IMG/VR virus record: IMGVR_UViG_2700989363_000008 | Coordinates: 1-31,580 of that record | DNA: 31,580 bases | DNA from: a virus | Lineage: Duplodnaviria > Heunggongvirae > Uroviricota > Caudoviricetes | Strand: one strand, 5' to 3' | Shown: one piece after another, positions 10,603 through 19,900 of the stretch | Numbering within the stretch: position 1 is the stretch's first letter | Layout: every line of letters begins with the position of its first letter | The notes under the pieces: model-generated | Databases searched by the model: none | Told to the model about the DNA's origin: nothing | The model's input: the letters and a program-made list of their open reading frames with translations, nothing else | Program-made: the position numbers and the translations under genes

Positions 10603-10845
10603 TCAATGAATTAACTGCGTAAACTGCTGTGTGGCCCGATACTTATGCTCTCTCCCTATGCCACGATCAACTTTCTCAAGAAGTCCAGTACGGACAGCAG
10701 AATCAAGCATCCTTTTAACAATTCTGCTATTTAACCCAACATCAAAAGCAAGCATCGAAGCGAAAACAAACCCATCACCACCATCAGAAAAGCTCTTTTC
10801 GCTCCGTTTTCGTATCATTTCAAAAAGCAATGCCTTTTTATCCAT
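10603..10845 (-). CDS. Hypothetical protein (80 aa)
   Basis: ORF with GGAGGG SD; a family-2 palindrome overlaps its ribosome-binding region. Confidence 0.45.
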   Translation of the reverse strand: MDKKALLFEMIRKRSEKSFSDGGDGFVFASMLAFDVGLNSRIVKRMLDSAVRTGLLEKVDRGIGREHKYRATQQFTQLIH

Positions 10846-10854
10846 TTATCCCTC

Positions 10855-10868
10855 CGTGACCAGTCACG
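10855..10868. repeat. Palindrome family 2 copy: CGTGACCAGTCACG
   Basis: Identical 14-mer also at 17509-17522 and, inverted, at 21371-21384. Confidence 0.7.
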
Positions 10869-11190
10869 CTTTGAGCGCAAGTTTCAGCCTCGTGGTTGTA
10901 AGGTGGCATGACCCTTCGCCATCAAAAATGCATTCTGAAACAGGCATTTTTTGACCACATCGCGGGCAAGTAGTAGATAGCTGCTTCTGCAGCTCCTTAT
11001 AGTTTTTCCTGATCAGCAAACCAATGACTTCGTTCTCCGAATATGGAACTCGCCCTGGTCTACGCAATACACAAATTTCCCCCAACATACGTAACTCGTC
11101 AGGTTCTAGAATCCACTCCCGTCTTGATGTGCCTTCCTTCTTCAACCGTTCCCTGCGTCTCCTTTGCCGTTCTGCCGGTGTCAGCGCCAT
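10864..11190 (-). CDS. Hypothetical protein (108 aa) with basic N-terminus and C-terminal Cys cluster (zinc-ribbon-like)
   Basis: ORF with SD CAGGAGGA; ...CPRCGQKMPVSECIFDGEGSCH.... Confidence 0.45.
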   Translation of the reverse strand: MALTPAERQRRRRERLKKEGTSRREWILEPDELRMLGEICVLRRPGRVPYSENEVIGLLIRKNYKELQKQLSTTCPRCGQKMPVSECIFDGEGSCHLTTTRLKLALKA

Positions 11191-11205
11191 AAATCCTCCT
11201 GAAAA

Positions 11206-11658
11206 TTACTTAACCCAATTAACTACACCGCCAGCGGCCACAACCGCCCTTTCACAGTCACGCTCATATCTCAAAGGTTGAAATACACCATCAATAAAAT
11301 ATTTATCTCCACCAAACGCTGCAGGAAGTGAAACAGAAAACTGAACATGACCATCCGGAGTTACCGGAGAGTTGCCAGCCTCATACGCCACACGCATCCA
11401 GTGCAGAAGCGTTTCAGTGCTCACACAGCCGCAATCAACATCAATTTTGCCGTGCTGCCGTTCCAGCCATTGCTCAAAAGTTAACTTGTAAGTTTGGCTT
11501 ACAGGTTCTGCACTATCAGCTTCGCGCCGCTTCTGTAGCTCTGCTGCCATCGCTCTCACGACTTCAACTGGTGCCCTTGCAGCAAACTCTATGTTGGTGA
11601 TCAGCTCATTAAGATATTGCTCGCCTGGATACTGTTTCTTATCGGTTATAGTGGTCAT
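11206..11658 (-). CDS. Hypothetical protein (~150 aa)
   Basis: Start at internal Met (MTTITDKKQYPGEQ...) preceded by AAGGAGAGTGAT-ATG, the same initiation cassette used by other genes in this operon. Confidence 0.5.
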   Translation of the reverse strand: MTTITDKKQYPGEQYLNELITNIEFAARAPVEVVRAMAAELQKRREADSAEPVSQTYKLTFEQWLERQHGKIDVDCGCVSTETLLHWMRVAYEAGNSPVTPDGHVQFSVSLPAAFGGDKYFIDGVFQPLRYERDCERAVVAAGGVVNWVK

Positions 11659-11659
11659 A

Positions 11660-12046
11660 TCACTCTCCTTTTCCCTGAAGCATAGCAGCGCGGCAGGCAT
11701 TCCAGCCTCTCACCTCTGCAATAGCGGCAACAGCATCAACCGCGTACATGCTAAGAGGATTAGGCATTGGTTTTTCTTCCGGTACTACTGGAACGGGTGG
11801 AGCGGCGTAGACCTCAATAATTCCATTATCAATAGGCCATTCTCCATCCTTGAGGTAGTCACTTGTGCCGTCAACTTGCTGTTCTGCAATGTGGAATGCA
11901 CCTATTGGTTTTGCTTCCAGCGATGCCAGAGCAATTCGTGCCAGTTCTTCCGCTTCTTCTGCTGGCAGTACAACGTTGCTACCAGGTCCGTATGTTTCGC
12001 GCCACTGTTTGATTGTCAGTAGTCGCTCTTTGGTAATAGTGGTCAT
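11660..12046 (-). CDS. Hypothetical protein (128 aa)
   Basis: ORF MTTITKERLLTIKQW... with SD AAGGAGT; N-terminus MTTIT shared with the downstream gene. Confidence 0.5.
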   Translation of the reverse strand: MTTITKERLLTIKQWRETYGPGSNVVLPAEEAEELARIALASLEAKPIGAFHIAEQQVDGTSDYLKDGEWPIDNGIIEVYAAPPVPVVPEEKPMPNPLSMYAVDAVAAIAEVRGWNACRAAMLQGKGE

Positions 12047-12056
12047 GTGTTACTCC

Positions 12057-12320
12057 TTAACCCGCAGTGCTTTCAACTGATGAGGGGAACAAAATCCTTT
12101 CATCAAATCCGGCATTCATATCATGGACAGCAACACACCAATCCATCGACGAACGATTATCAAGAGCCTCCATGATTTCATCCATGCGGCGCAGGTCATA
12201 CAGGTAAATGCTTTTATCGCCAATGGTGTAAAAACCAATTTTTTTCGGTGATGGGCAGCGATCAAGAACGTCCTGTAATTCGTTCAACCATGCCCGTTCT
12301 TTTTTTGTTAAAGTTGCCAT
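12057..12320 (-). CDS. Hypothetical protein (~87 aa)
   Basis: Start at internal Met (MATLTKKERAWL...) with SD AAGGAAAA. Confidence 0.45.
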   Translation of the reverse strand: MATLTKKERAWLNELQDVLDRCPSPKKIGFYTIGDKSIYLYDLRRMDEIMEALDNRSSMDWCVAVHDMNAGFDERILFPSSVESTAG

Positions 12321-12321
12321 A

Positions 12322-12540
12322 TCAGTTTTCCTTATACGGATTAATTTTATTGTGCAGTGTGTTGAATGACGCCCATACCACGTCGTTATACAATTCAATA
12401 ACTGGCTCAATTATTTTTCCGATTCCCCATACCAGAATTAACGGGGATATCGGTATCATCAACACGATAAACAGAATGAGAAACAAAAATTCTGTCGCTC
12501 TACTTTTTCGCGGATATTCTTTTCTGAATAATGTAGGCAC
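12322..12540 (-). CDS. Small membrane protein (72 aa)
   Basis: GTG start preceded by AAGGAGAGTGAT; hydrophobic core FLFLILFIVLMIPISPLILVWGIG. Confidence 0.4.
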   Translation of the reverse strand: MPTLFRKEYPRKSRATEFLFLILFIVLMIPISPLILVWGIGKIIEPVIELYNDVVWASFNTLHNKINPYKEN

Positions 12541-12541
12541 A

Positions 12542-12757
12542 TCACTCTCCTTTGTTAATCCTCAAAACTTTATGCCCGGGCGCAAAAGCACGCGTTTTGT
12601 CTTTGCTTATTCGCCAGCCATCCTTGCGCGCCTCTTTTGCACAGCCAGCCCATGACGTACCTATATACTCACCGAAGTCTGGCGACTTATATTTGCCATC
12701 TGTACACTGGAGGCAATCACAATAGAGATGCATGGTGTAACTTGCAGCGATAGCCAT
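12542..12757 (-). CDS. Hypothetical Cys-rich small protein (~71 aa)
   Basis: Start at internal Met (MAIAASYTMHLYCDCLQCTDGKY...) preceded by AAGGAGAGTGAT-ATG. Confidence 0.45.
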   Translation of the reverse strand: MAIAASYTMHLYCDCLQCTDGKYKSPDFGEYIGTSWAGCAKEARKDGWRISKDKTRAFAPGHKVLRINKGE

Positions 12758-12758
12758 A

Positions 12759-13280
12759 TCACTCTCCTTTGATGCGAATGCCTGTTGCAATGCTGTTTAT
12801 GATGCTGTCAGTGCATGGGGTAGAAAGCTGGGCATCTCCAGCAATTTTCATGACCTCAACATCCGCATATCGAATACCGAGGTGTATCAGACCGGCTATA
12901 CCTGACTTAAGTCGAACATTTTCCATAAACAGATCTTTTTCCCGCTGTTTAGCGGCTTCCAACTCCATCGACAATTTTTCCAACTGCTCTTTATGCTTCT
13001 TGTATTCCTGATACGCGTGCCAAGACTGACCTTTGCGCACACTATCAGTGATATCAGCAACCTGCTCCGGTGTTAGCGTGGTCAGTGGCTGTGCTGGAAA
13101 AATCATCACTTTCCCGGCATCCCAATCAAAACCCGCCTGAATTGACTGAACCTCAACTGATGGTGTTGAACCGATGCGACCAGGCGAATGAACAACGATC
13201 GTTACATCCATATCGCGACGATGGCTGTGGTTGTTGGACAAAATACGATTCACCAACTCAGAAAATTTGGAAAATTTCAT
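12759..13280 (-). CDS. Hypothetical protein (173 aa) with central coiled-coil
   Basis: ORF only; no family assigned. Confidence 0.45.
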   Translation of the reverse strand: MKFSKFSELVNRILSNNHSHRRDMDVTIVVHSPGRIGSTPSVEVQSIQAGFDWDAGKVMIFPAQPLTTLTPEQVADITDSVRKGQSWHAYQEYKKHKEQLEKLSMELEAAKQREKDLFMENVRLKSGIAGLIHLGIRYADVEVMKIAGDAQLSTPCTDSIINSIATGIRIKGE

Positions 13281-13567
13281 GCTGATCCCTCTTTCTCTGC
13301 TCTCTCCTGTCGGAACATCACTATCATCAGGTCGCCTTTTGTCGCTATCTTGGCTGTTGTGCCTGGCTCAATGCGGCTAAGTTCAAATGCGTCATAGAAC
13401 GCCTCTAACACTTTCTGGCGTCTTTCCTGTTTGCGGTGCTTTCCCCACTGCTTTAGAAAAACAGAGGCCGCCCACTTCCCCGCACTGAACATGATGTAAA
13501 ACCAACCGAGAAGTGCCAGACCGATATTTAGGGCCGTATCGATCGTTATCGTGGTGTCGATATTCAC
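13277..13567 (-). CDS. Hypothetical small membrane-associated protein (96 aa)
   Basis: Hydrophobic N-terminal segment LNIGLALLGWFYIMF; overlapping stop/start with neighbours. Confidence 0.4.
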   Translation of the reverse strand: MNIDTTITIDTALNIGLALLGWFYIMFSAGKWAASVFLKQWGKHRKQERRQKVLEAFYDAFELSRIEPGTTAKIATKGDLMIVMFRQERAEKEGSA

Positions 13568-13986
13568 TACGCCACCTCCTGTAAATTTCCCTGATAAAAA
13601 GCCAGCACACGCTGCATAACTTCACTTTTCCGGCAATCGTGACAAATCATGTTCAAGCGCCTGTCGTAACGACGTATTTCTCCGTCAGGTAATGACCAGA
13701 TAAGGTCTGGATCAACCACTACCGATTTCTTCGGCTTTACTCTTGATAGTTTTTTACGGGCGTTTTGCCAGTCCTTGCGTGCTTGTGCAGACAGAAATAT
13801 CCCGGAGCCAGAGATATACAAATCACCACTGGCAGCAAGCTCTCTTGATAAACGACTAACAGCACACCGGCTAATACCAGTTTCATCCGCAAGTTGCCTA
13901 ACCGTTCCTCGTCCATTCAGGCGCACGAGTTCCACAATTTGTTTATTCAGTTCTTCCCTCTGTTCTGGTGTAAAAGCCTTTGCCAT
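13567..13986 (-). CDS. Putative HTH DNA-binding protein (139 aa)
   Basis: HTH-like segment ...TVRQLADETGISRCAVSRLSREL...; C-terminal Cys/His pair. Confidence 0.45.
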   Translation of the reverse strand: MAKAFTPEQREELNKQIVELVRLNGRGTVRQLADETGISRCAVSRLSRELAASGDLYISGSGIFLSAQARKDWQNARKKLSRVKPKKSVVVDPDLIWSLPDGEIRRYDRRLNMICHDCRKSEVMQRVLAFYQGNLQEVA

Positions 13987-14585
13987 TACGATTCTCCTTG
14001 CCCTTTTACAAGACGGGAGAAAATTGCGGATACATATTTAGCCTGATGAATAGCATCAGCCAAGGCATTGTGTCGTTCGCCATCAAATGGCATATCTTTT
14101 TTAGGATTAAAACCAATAAACTGACCAAGATTAACGATTGTTCGAACATCCTGATCATTAAAATATTCCCACGGACAGGCTAAGCCAACGCGCTCATAAG
14201 CACCGCGTAAAATTACATTATCGAACGTTGCTCCATTTCCCCATACTTTCAACTTTTTTAAATTACATGCATGGCAAGTAATAAAGTGTGATAATTCAAA
14301 AAGTGCATCCTTAATATCAAGGGCATCATTAGTACAAATAGCGGCTCTGGCTTCCTTGCTCTGTTTCAACCACCATAAAATGGTATCACCATCGGCGATA
14401 CCTCCATTCAACATCGAGCTTCTGAGATTCACTGGCACATAAAAAGTAGGACCTAATTCCTCACTTTCTGGAGAAAAAAACACTGCCCCGATAGAAACAA
14501 TTGGAGCACATGTGTTAGTACCCATTGTTTCAAGATCAATCATTACATCAGACCGTTTCCTGTCGTAAATAATCTGATTAGTCAC
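13986..14585 (-). CDS. 3'-5' exonuclease, DnaQ-like DEDDh family
   Basis: Exo I motif MIDLETMG and exo III motif HNALADAIH; GTG start preceded by GAGGAGA. Typical of lambdoid early regions. Confidence 0.8.
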   Translation of the reverse strand: MTNQIIYDRKRSDVMIDLETMGTNTCAPIVSIGAVFFSPESEELGPTFYVPVNLRSSMLNGGIADGDTILWWLKQSKEARAAICTNDALDIKDALFELSHFITCHACNLKKLKVWGNGATFDNVILRGAYERVGLACPWEYFNDQDVRTIVNLGQFIGFNPKKDMPFDGERHNALADAIHQAKYVSAIFSRLVKGQGES

Positions 14586-14608
14586 GAATAATTCTCCTCA
14601 ACGTTTAT

Positions 14609-14812
14609 CTATACCCAAATTTTCTGTTGATATGTTCTGGATGGTTTTGGCGTTCTTTCTGATTCAGGTAAATGAACATAAACGCAATATCCATCACCTA
14701 AAAAATCAGAACGAACAACCAGAACTTTCTTACCACGCCGCCGATAAGTATCTGAAAGACGCTCTGCTTCATCATGCGTCATCGGCCCCTGCTTAAATGG
14801 CGTTATTTTCAT
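14609..14812 (-). CDS. Hypothetical small protein (~67 aa)
   Basis: Start preferred at internal Met (MKITPFKQGPMTHDEAERL...). The track's MRPWSH N-terminus is encoded by the palindrome and is probably not translated. Confidence 0.4.
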   Translation of the reverse strand: MKITPFKQGPMTHDEAERLSDTYRRRGKKVLVVRSDFLGDGYCVYVHLPESERTPKPSRTYQQKIWV

Positions 14813-15038
14813 TTTCTTGTGCGACCACGGTCGCACCCTCTCTGATTTCCAAGTAACGCTTAATCCAAAGATTTTCTATATGCTTATTACCTGGCTGATT
14901 TGATAAATACCAATCGGCAATTACAGACTGCTTATTACTATCTGGTCGTGTCCTGTAACCACAAGTTGGACACCAGATAACATATTCATTTCTTACCCCC
15001 GAATACCTTAATTCTGGCTTCGACGGTTTCCTGAACAT
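14793..15038 (-). CDS. Hypothetical zinc-ribbon protein (~81 aa)
   Basis: CPTCGYRTRP motif; start uncertain (15038 or 15113). Confidence 0.35.
   Translation of the reverse strand: MFRKPSKPELRYSGVRNEYVIWCPTCGYRTRPDSNKQSVIADWYLSNQPGNKHIENLWIKRYLEIREGATVVAQENENNAI
14819..14836. repeat. Palindrome family 1 copy (GTGCGACCACGGTCGCAC)
   Basis: Perfect 18-bp palindrome immediately upstream of the 14609-14812 start codon. Confidence 0.6.
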
Positions 15039-15045
15039 AACTTGT

Positions 15046-15756
15046 TTACAAAGGCAGAATGGCACTTCCTGCCCGATGGCGTTTGATGATTTCACTGCGC
15101 TTCTCCGCCGCATTTAATAATGCAGTTCGATTTAAGCTCAGACATCGCGACTTAATTAAAAGCCAGCGTTCTTTATAATCTTGTCTCCAGCTATCAATAG
15201 ATATATTCAGTAGAAAACTCAGATGCCTGTCCTGTTCTCTCTCATCAACTGCCTCAGCACACGTAAGTTCTGATTTAACCTGCTGTGCCGCGTAATAAAT
15301 CAATTTCCGCATGGCTTTTTTCGTGGAGGCCTTCATTTTTTTAAAGCCGCCCCCCGAATGAGCAACCAGAAAATCAAGCCATAACCACTGACAAACAATC
15401 ACATCATTGTTGTAATCAGGCTTGCATCCGTAGCAATAATAAAGCCAGGCTGATTCCTCGTTATTCAACTGACCAATAGCCCTGCGCCAGCTGGCGCTCT
15501 GAAAATCAATATCAGTGAGCAACATTGATGATTGTTTAAATGTTTTCCCCTGGTGGAATCTAACCGGCTCAGCAGGAACGGACACTTCGTATGAGTTATC
15601 ATCCCCCACACTGATTGACCGGACTGGTTTATTGTTAAACCGTCCTGACCTACCGAGACGCATCTGCTCAAGCTGGACCTCCAGAATGCCACGCTGGCGA
15701 TAATGAACATCAGCCAATGCCGTAGAGACGCAGCTGCGTATATACTCAAGCTCCAC
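15046..15756 (-). CDS. Regulatory protein candidate (236 aa) immediately downstream of cro; possible Q-like late regulator by position
   Basis: GTG start with AAGGAGA SD; follows cro in the same operon, where N15 is recalled to carry Q. No sequence-level confirmation. Confidence 0.4.
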   Translation of the reverse strand: MELEYIRSCVSTALADVHYRQRGILEVQLEQMRLGRSGRFNNKPVRSISVGDDNSYEVSVPAEPVRFHQGKTFKQSSMLLTDIDFQSASWRRAIGQLNNEESAWLYYCYGCKPDYNNDVIVCQWLWLDFLVAHSGGGFKKMKASTKKAMRKLIYYAAQQVKSELTCAEAVDEREQDRHLSFLLNISIDSWRQDYKERWLLIKSRCLSLNRTALLNAAEKRSEIIKRHRAGSAILPL

Positions 15757-15967
15757 GCTTACGACTCTCCTTAATCGACTGCTTTACCCGCCGAGTTGTA
15801 AAGTCACTCTTCAGCTTATAAGCAGTACGAACTTCAATATCGCTTTGCCGCAATGAAGGAATCTCTCCAGCGGTTAACCATTGGTAAACAGCTCCGGGTG
15901 TTACACCTACCCCTGCCGCTGCTTTTTCTACACTGCCAAAGTGGCGAATAAGTTCTTCTGGTTTCAT
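15746..15967 (-). CDS. cro: Cro-like HTH repressor (~73 aa)
   Basis: MKPEELIRHFGSVEKAAAGVGVTPGAVYQWL... is a classic HTH; divergent from the cB-like repressor gene across an operator-bearing intergenic region. Confidence 0.75.
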   Translation of the reverse strand: MKPEELIRHFGSVEKAAAGVGVTPGAVYQWLTAGEIPSLRQSDIEVRTAYKLKSDFTTRRVKQSIKESRKRGA

Positions 15968-15997
15968 GTTGTTATTATAAACAATAAACAACAATTA

Positions 15998-16036
15998 AAG
16001 CCAGCTATAATAAATAAATTTTATAGCCAGCTATAA
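15998..16036. promoter_or_regulatory. Candidate immunity operators: two copies of AGCCAGCTATAA (TTATAGCCAGCTATAA half-palindromes) between cro and cB
   Basis: 15998-16010 aagccagctataa and 16021-16036 ttatagccagctataa, about 25 bp apart in the divergent promoter region; arms TATAGC/GCTATA are mutually complementary. Confidence 0.55.
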
Positions 16037-16058
16037 GAAGATCATTTATGATTACAGT

Positions 16059-16655
16059 ATGAAAACACGAGGCGAACGACTGAAAGCACGCCGTTTAGAG
16101 ATGAAGCTGACGTTGCGAGAAGTTGCTGAGGCTGTCGATATCTCTATAGCAGGCGTCCAAAACTTAGAACGTGGCGACGTAATGCCGTCACTGGAGATAG
16201 GTATTGCCCTGGCTAAGTGCTTACGCAAGCCAGTGCATTGGGTGCTATATGGGACAGAATATGACCCTGACCGCATTCCTGTTATTGGCACAACTGAAAG
16301 TGGGCCGGATGAAGAGTGGAAGCCGGGACAGGTTCCAAATACTGAGCGATTCCTGCCATTCATCAGCCAGCGCAATACTGTGTATGCGTTAACTATCAGC
16401 AATCTTACGCAGGGAAACTATCAGCCAGGCGATTTTCTCCTGGTCGATTCTGCGCTGGAACTGGTCCCCGGCGAGGATGTTCTGGTTCGTGATACTGCAG
16501 GAAATATCACTATCCAGCGCCTGGCCCGTTTTGATGATGAAAATTACTATCTGGATGGAACAAACTCACAACGCGCCATCTTCAGGAAAAGCGATCTTGA
16601 ATTTGTTCACCAAATAGTCGGAACGATCAAATCATTCATGGTTGAGGGTAGATGA
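16059..16655 (+). CDS. cB: Prophage repressor, CI/CB-like (N-terminal HTH-XRE plus C-terminal S24-peptidase-like domain)
   Basis: N-terminus ...LTLREVAEAVDISIAGVQNLERG... (HTH) and a LexA/CI-like C-terminal fold. I cannot see an obvious catalytic Ser-Lys dyad, so it may be non-cleavable, as reported for N15 CB. Confidence 0.75.
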   Translation: MKTRGERLKARRLEMKLTLREVAEAVDISIAGVQNLERGDVMPSLEIGIALAKCLRKPVHWVLYGTEYDPDRIPVIGTTESGPDEEWKPGQVPNTERFLPFISQRNTVYALTISNLTQGNYQPGDFLLVDSALELVPGEDVLVRDTAGNITIQRLARFDDENYYLDGTNSQRAIFRKSDLEFVHQIVGTIKSFMVEGR

Positions 16656-16749
16656 CTTAATACGGGGTTTATTGTTTGCTGTAAATCTGGTTTAATGCAG
16701 GGCATATGTTCTGTGGGTTGACTCAGGTTACAGCAGCAGAAAAAAGACG

Positions 16750-16786
16750 AAAAAAAACCCGAGTCGGCAAACTCGGGTCCTTTTCA
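16750..16786. terminator. Bidirectional rho-independent terminator between cB and repA
   Basis: aaaaaaaa-CCCGAGT-cggcaaa-ACTCGGG-tccttttc: 7-bp GC-rich stem flanked by an A-run on one side and a T-run on the other. Confidence 0.6.
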
Positions 16787-16900
16787 GGAAGCAGCCACAA
16801 CAACGCGACGGATTCCGTCAATTCAAGATGTGTTTATTGTGGCTGCTCCTGCGGATTTTTTCAACCCGAAAAAACATAATTCGCATGGAATGGCTAAAAA

Positions 16901-19900
16901 ATGACATTAAACGATTTCTATGCGGATCGCTTTGGCAGCGATCCGTTCTCGCTAATTGAAGCAGCACGGGATGAACTAACCGAGCTGGCACAGATGGCTG
17001 GTATCAACTGGCCTGCCTGTTCCGACAACATCCAACTCAACCCTCGCGGGGGGGTTGAGCGTTACTCTTCATACAATAAAACATCTCCAGAAGCTCTCGA
17101 AAAGAGCCTGAAAGGACGCGTAGAAATTTACTCCCGGCTGGAACACAGCAAAGGGATTGATTACCCGTTCATTAACTTCGTCCATAAAGGCAGCGATGCT
17201 GGCTCATGGAGCGGTTTCTCCTTCCTGTTTTCTGAATATCGCCGTGAGCAACAACGGAATAATGCGACCGTGGTCGCACAACCGGAAGAAGAACGGGAAA
17301 GAATAGAACGTCAGGCCGAAGCACGTCGTCGCCGTGAAGAACAAAAACGAATTAATGACCTGAAAAACAACCAAATGGACCATGAACGTTTGCTGGGATG
17401 GCTGGCATTCCACAGCGCGTGGGAACATGCTCCGGCTGAAGACGGCTCATGGCCATATGCGATTAAAAAAGGTATTCGTGACGTTTTTAGTTCATGTGAT
17501 GTGCGTCGCGTGACCAGTCACGACAGTGCGAAATGGAGTCGGGGACCAACCACATATATGGCTATCCCTCTGGCTCACCTGGACGGTCGTTACGATGGTC
17601 GTATTGTGGGTTGGCAGCGAATCGACAAACAAGGTGGGAAATACCAGACCAGCGCAGTAACCAGCGGCGATTTCGTCGGTGCCTGCTTTGTTATCGGTGA
17701 GCTGAAAGGGGCGCAAAACATCGCTGTTACAGAAGGTTTTGCTACTGGTGCATCCATCTGGCTTGCCACGAAAAAAGATAAACGCTTTGACGCTGTGGTT
17801 GTCGCTGTATCCGCTAACAACATGGTTCATGTTGTGGAACAACTGGTAAACATGTACCCGGCGGCAAAAATCACCTGCGCACTGGATAATGACCGGAAAT
17901 CTGCCACAGAAGGAAAAGGGAATACCGGCCTGCGGACTGGCTATGAAATCTTATCGAAATTCAACGATGTCCGCTGCGTCTATCCAACTTTTGAAGACGA
18001 TCCGCAAATGGAGTGCAGTGACTTCAACGACCTGCACAAACTACGTGGACTTCGTGAAACAGCACGTCAACTATTTGCAACAGCAAACCGCCTGAAAACC
18101 GGTACTGATTTGCTATCTCTGACGCTCAACCGCCTGAAGACAATTAAGCGGGATAACCGTCGTACTTTTGCCAAAGAGCTGCTGAGAGCGGTGGATATTG
18201 GCATGCTAACCTGCCCGGTTCCTAACAGTCCGTCAGATTTATTTAACATGTTCTGCATCGTTCTGCGTGAAATGGGACTGGAAAATATCTATCGCGCTAC
18301 GGTAAAAGACCACATTGCCCGTCGCCTGAATAAAAAGTGCCGTATTGCCCAGGCTCCGCGCTCTTTCAGCGAAAGCATAACTGATCCCAATAAACGCCCT
18401 CAACATATCACCTATAAGCGTTTTGAAACTTCGGTAATGACCGATGATGTCCTGAAGTACGTGCAATCACTACAGGGGATAGTCATCGTCCGTGCTGGTA
18501 TGGGTTCCGGCAAATCTACTGGATTGTTACGACCGTTAATGCATAGCTCAGAACGTGGTATCTCTGTTGCTCACCGTGTCTCCCTTATTGGTGGCCTGTG
18601 GGAAATGATGACAGAAGGAAAAGGTGTAAAAGCCGATATCCTGCACTATCAGGACCCTGGCTATCAGGAAATGGCTCCATACGCCAGTAAACTGACCATC
18701 TGCATAAACTCGATTGTTAAAAACTGCTGGCAACCGTTGATGCGCCAGCACGACTATTTTGGCTTTGACGAGGCCACGCAAGGGCTACGTGCCGTTCTTT
18801 CCGGTCGGGCTATGGAAAACCCGGTTGCTGTATTCAATACGCTAATTGACGCGCTGGCCAGAACGGAACAACACCCAATCATGGTGGATGCTGATGCGAA
18901 CGATCTACTGGTTGACTTGGCTGAACTGGCTATGAAACGCCGTGAAGATCTAGGTTTACCGGCATGGCTGCAGATCCACGTAATTGAATTACCTGTTGAT
19001 GTTCGCAACCGCGAAACAGGTGAGCCAATCCGGGTTTTTTATACAGAAAAAGATCGCATCATGACCGAGGTGGTGAAAGCTGTATCGGATGGCGAAAAAA
19101 TCATGTTGGCCACCGACAGCTCCACCTTTGCAGAAGATGTGACAGCCACCCTGAGAATGCATTTTCCTGGTAAGAAATTTCTGTGCGTAAACCAGAAAAG
19201 CAAACAGGATGAAGAAGTCGATGCCTTTACCAACCAGCCAAAAGTAATGGTGATGAAATACGATGGACTGATCTACAGCCCGTCGATTTCCTCCGGGGTG
19301 TCATTTGAGAAAAAACATTTTGACCGTCATTTCGGCATGTTCTGCGGTGAAGTTGTGCCCAGCGACGCAGTGCAAATGCTACGCCGCGACCGTACAGCAA
19401 AAGAATTTATTATCGGCTTTGATAAAGCTCGTGCAAAACGCGAGACTGATCCGCAAAAAATAGAACGTGCATTCGCCCAGGCATTACTTGCTACCGCAGG
19501 CATGAACGGTGAACTGACGGATGTCGTTTTCGATGGCGACCGTATATCAATGGGGGTGGCCAATACCGACTTTACCAGGATGAAAATTAAAGCTGCCGCA
19601 ATTGAAGCGTCTGCGCGTAACGACTACGCCAGCAACATGATCTGCATCATGCACAGCGACGGTTATAAGGTATCGCCATTAGCTACCGATTATGCCGCAA
19701 ATGATTTTGGTAAAGAGCTGCGCAAAGAAGCGCGGGATATTGTGTGGGAACAGACGCTGGATCTGCACCTCAATACAGAGACACCAGAAGAATCAGAGCG
19801 TGAAGAACTACTAAAAAAACGTGCGCTAACGCTTGAAGAACAGGCAAAACTGGTCCGCTGGGATATTGAGAACGAACTGAAATTACCGGTTGAAGAAGGC

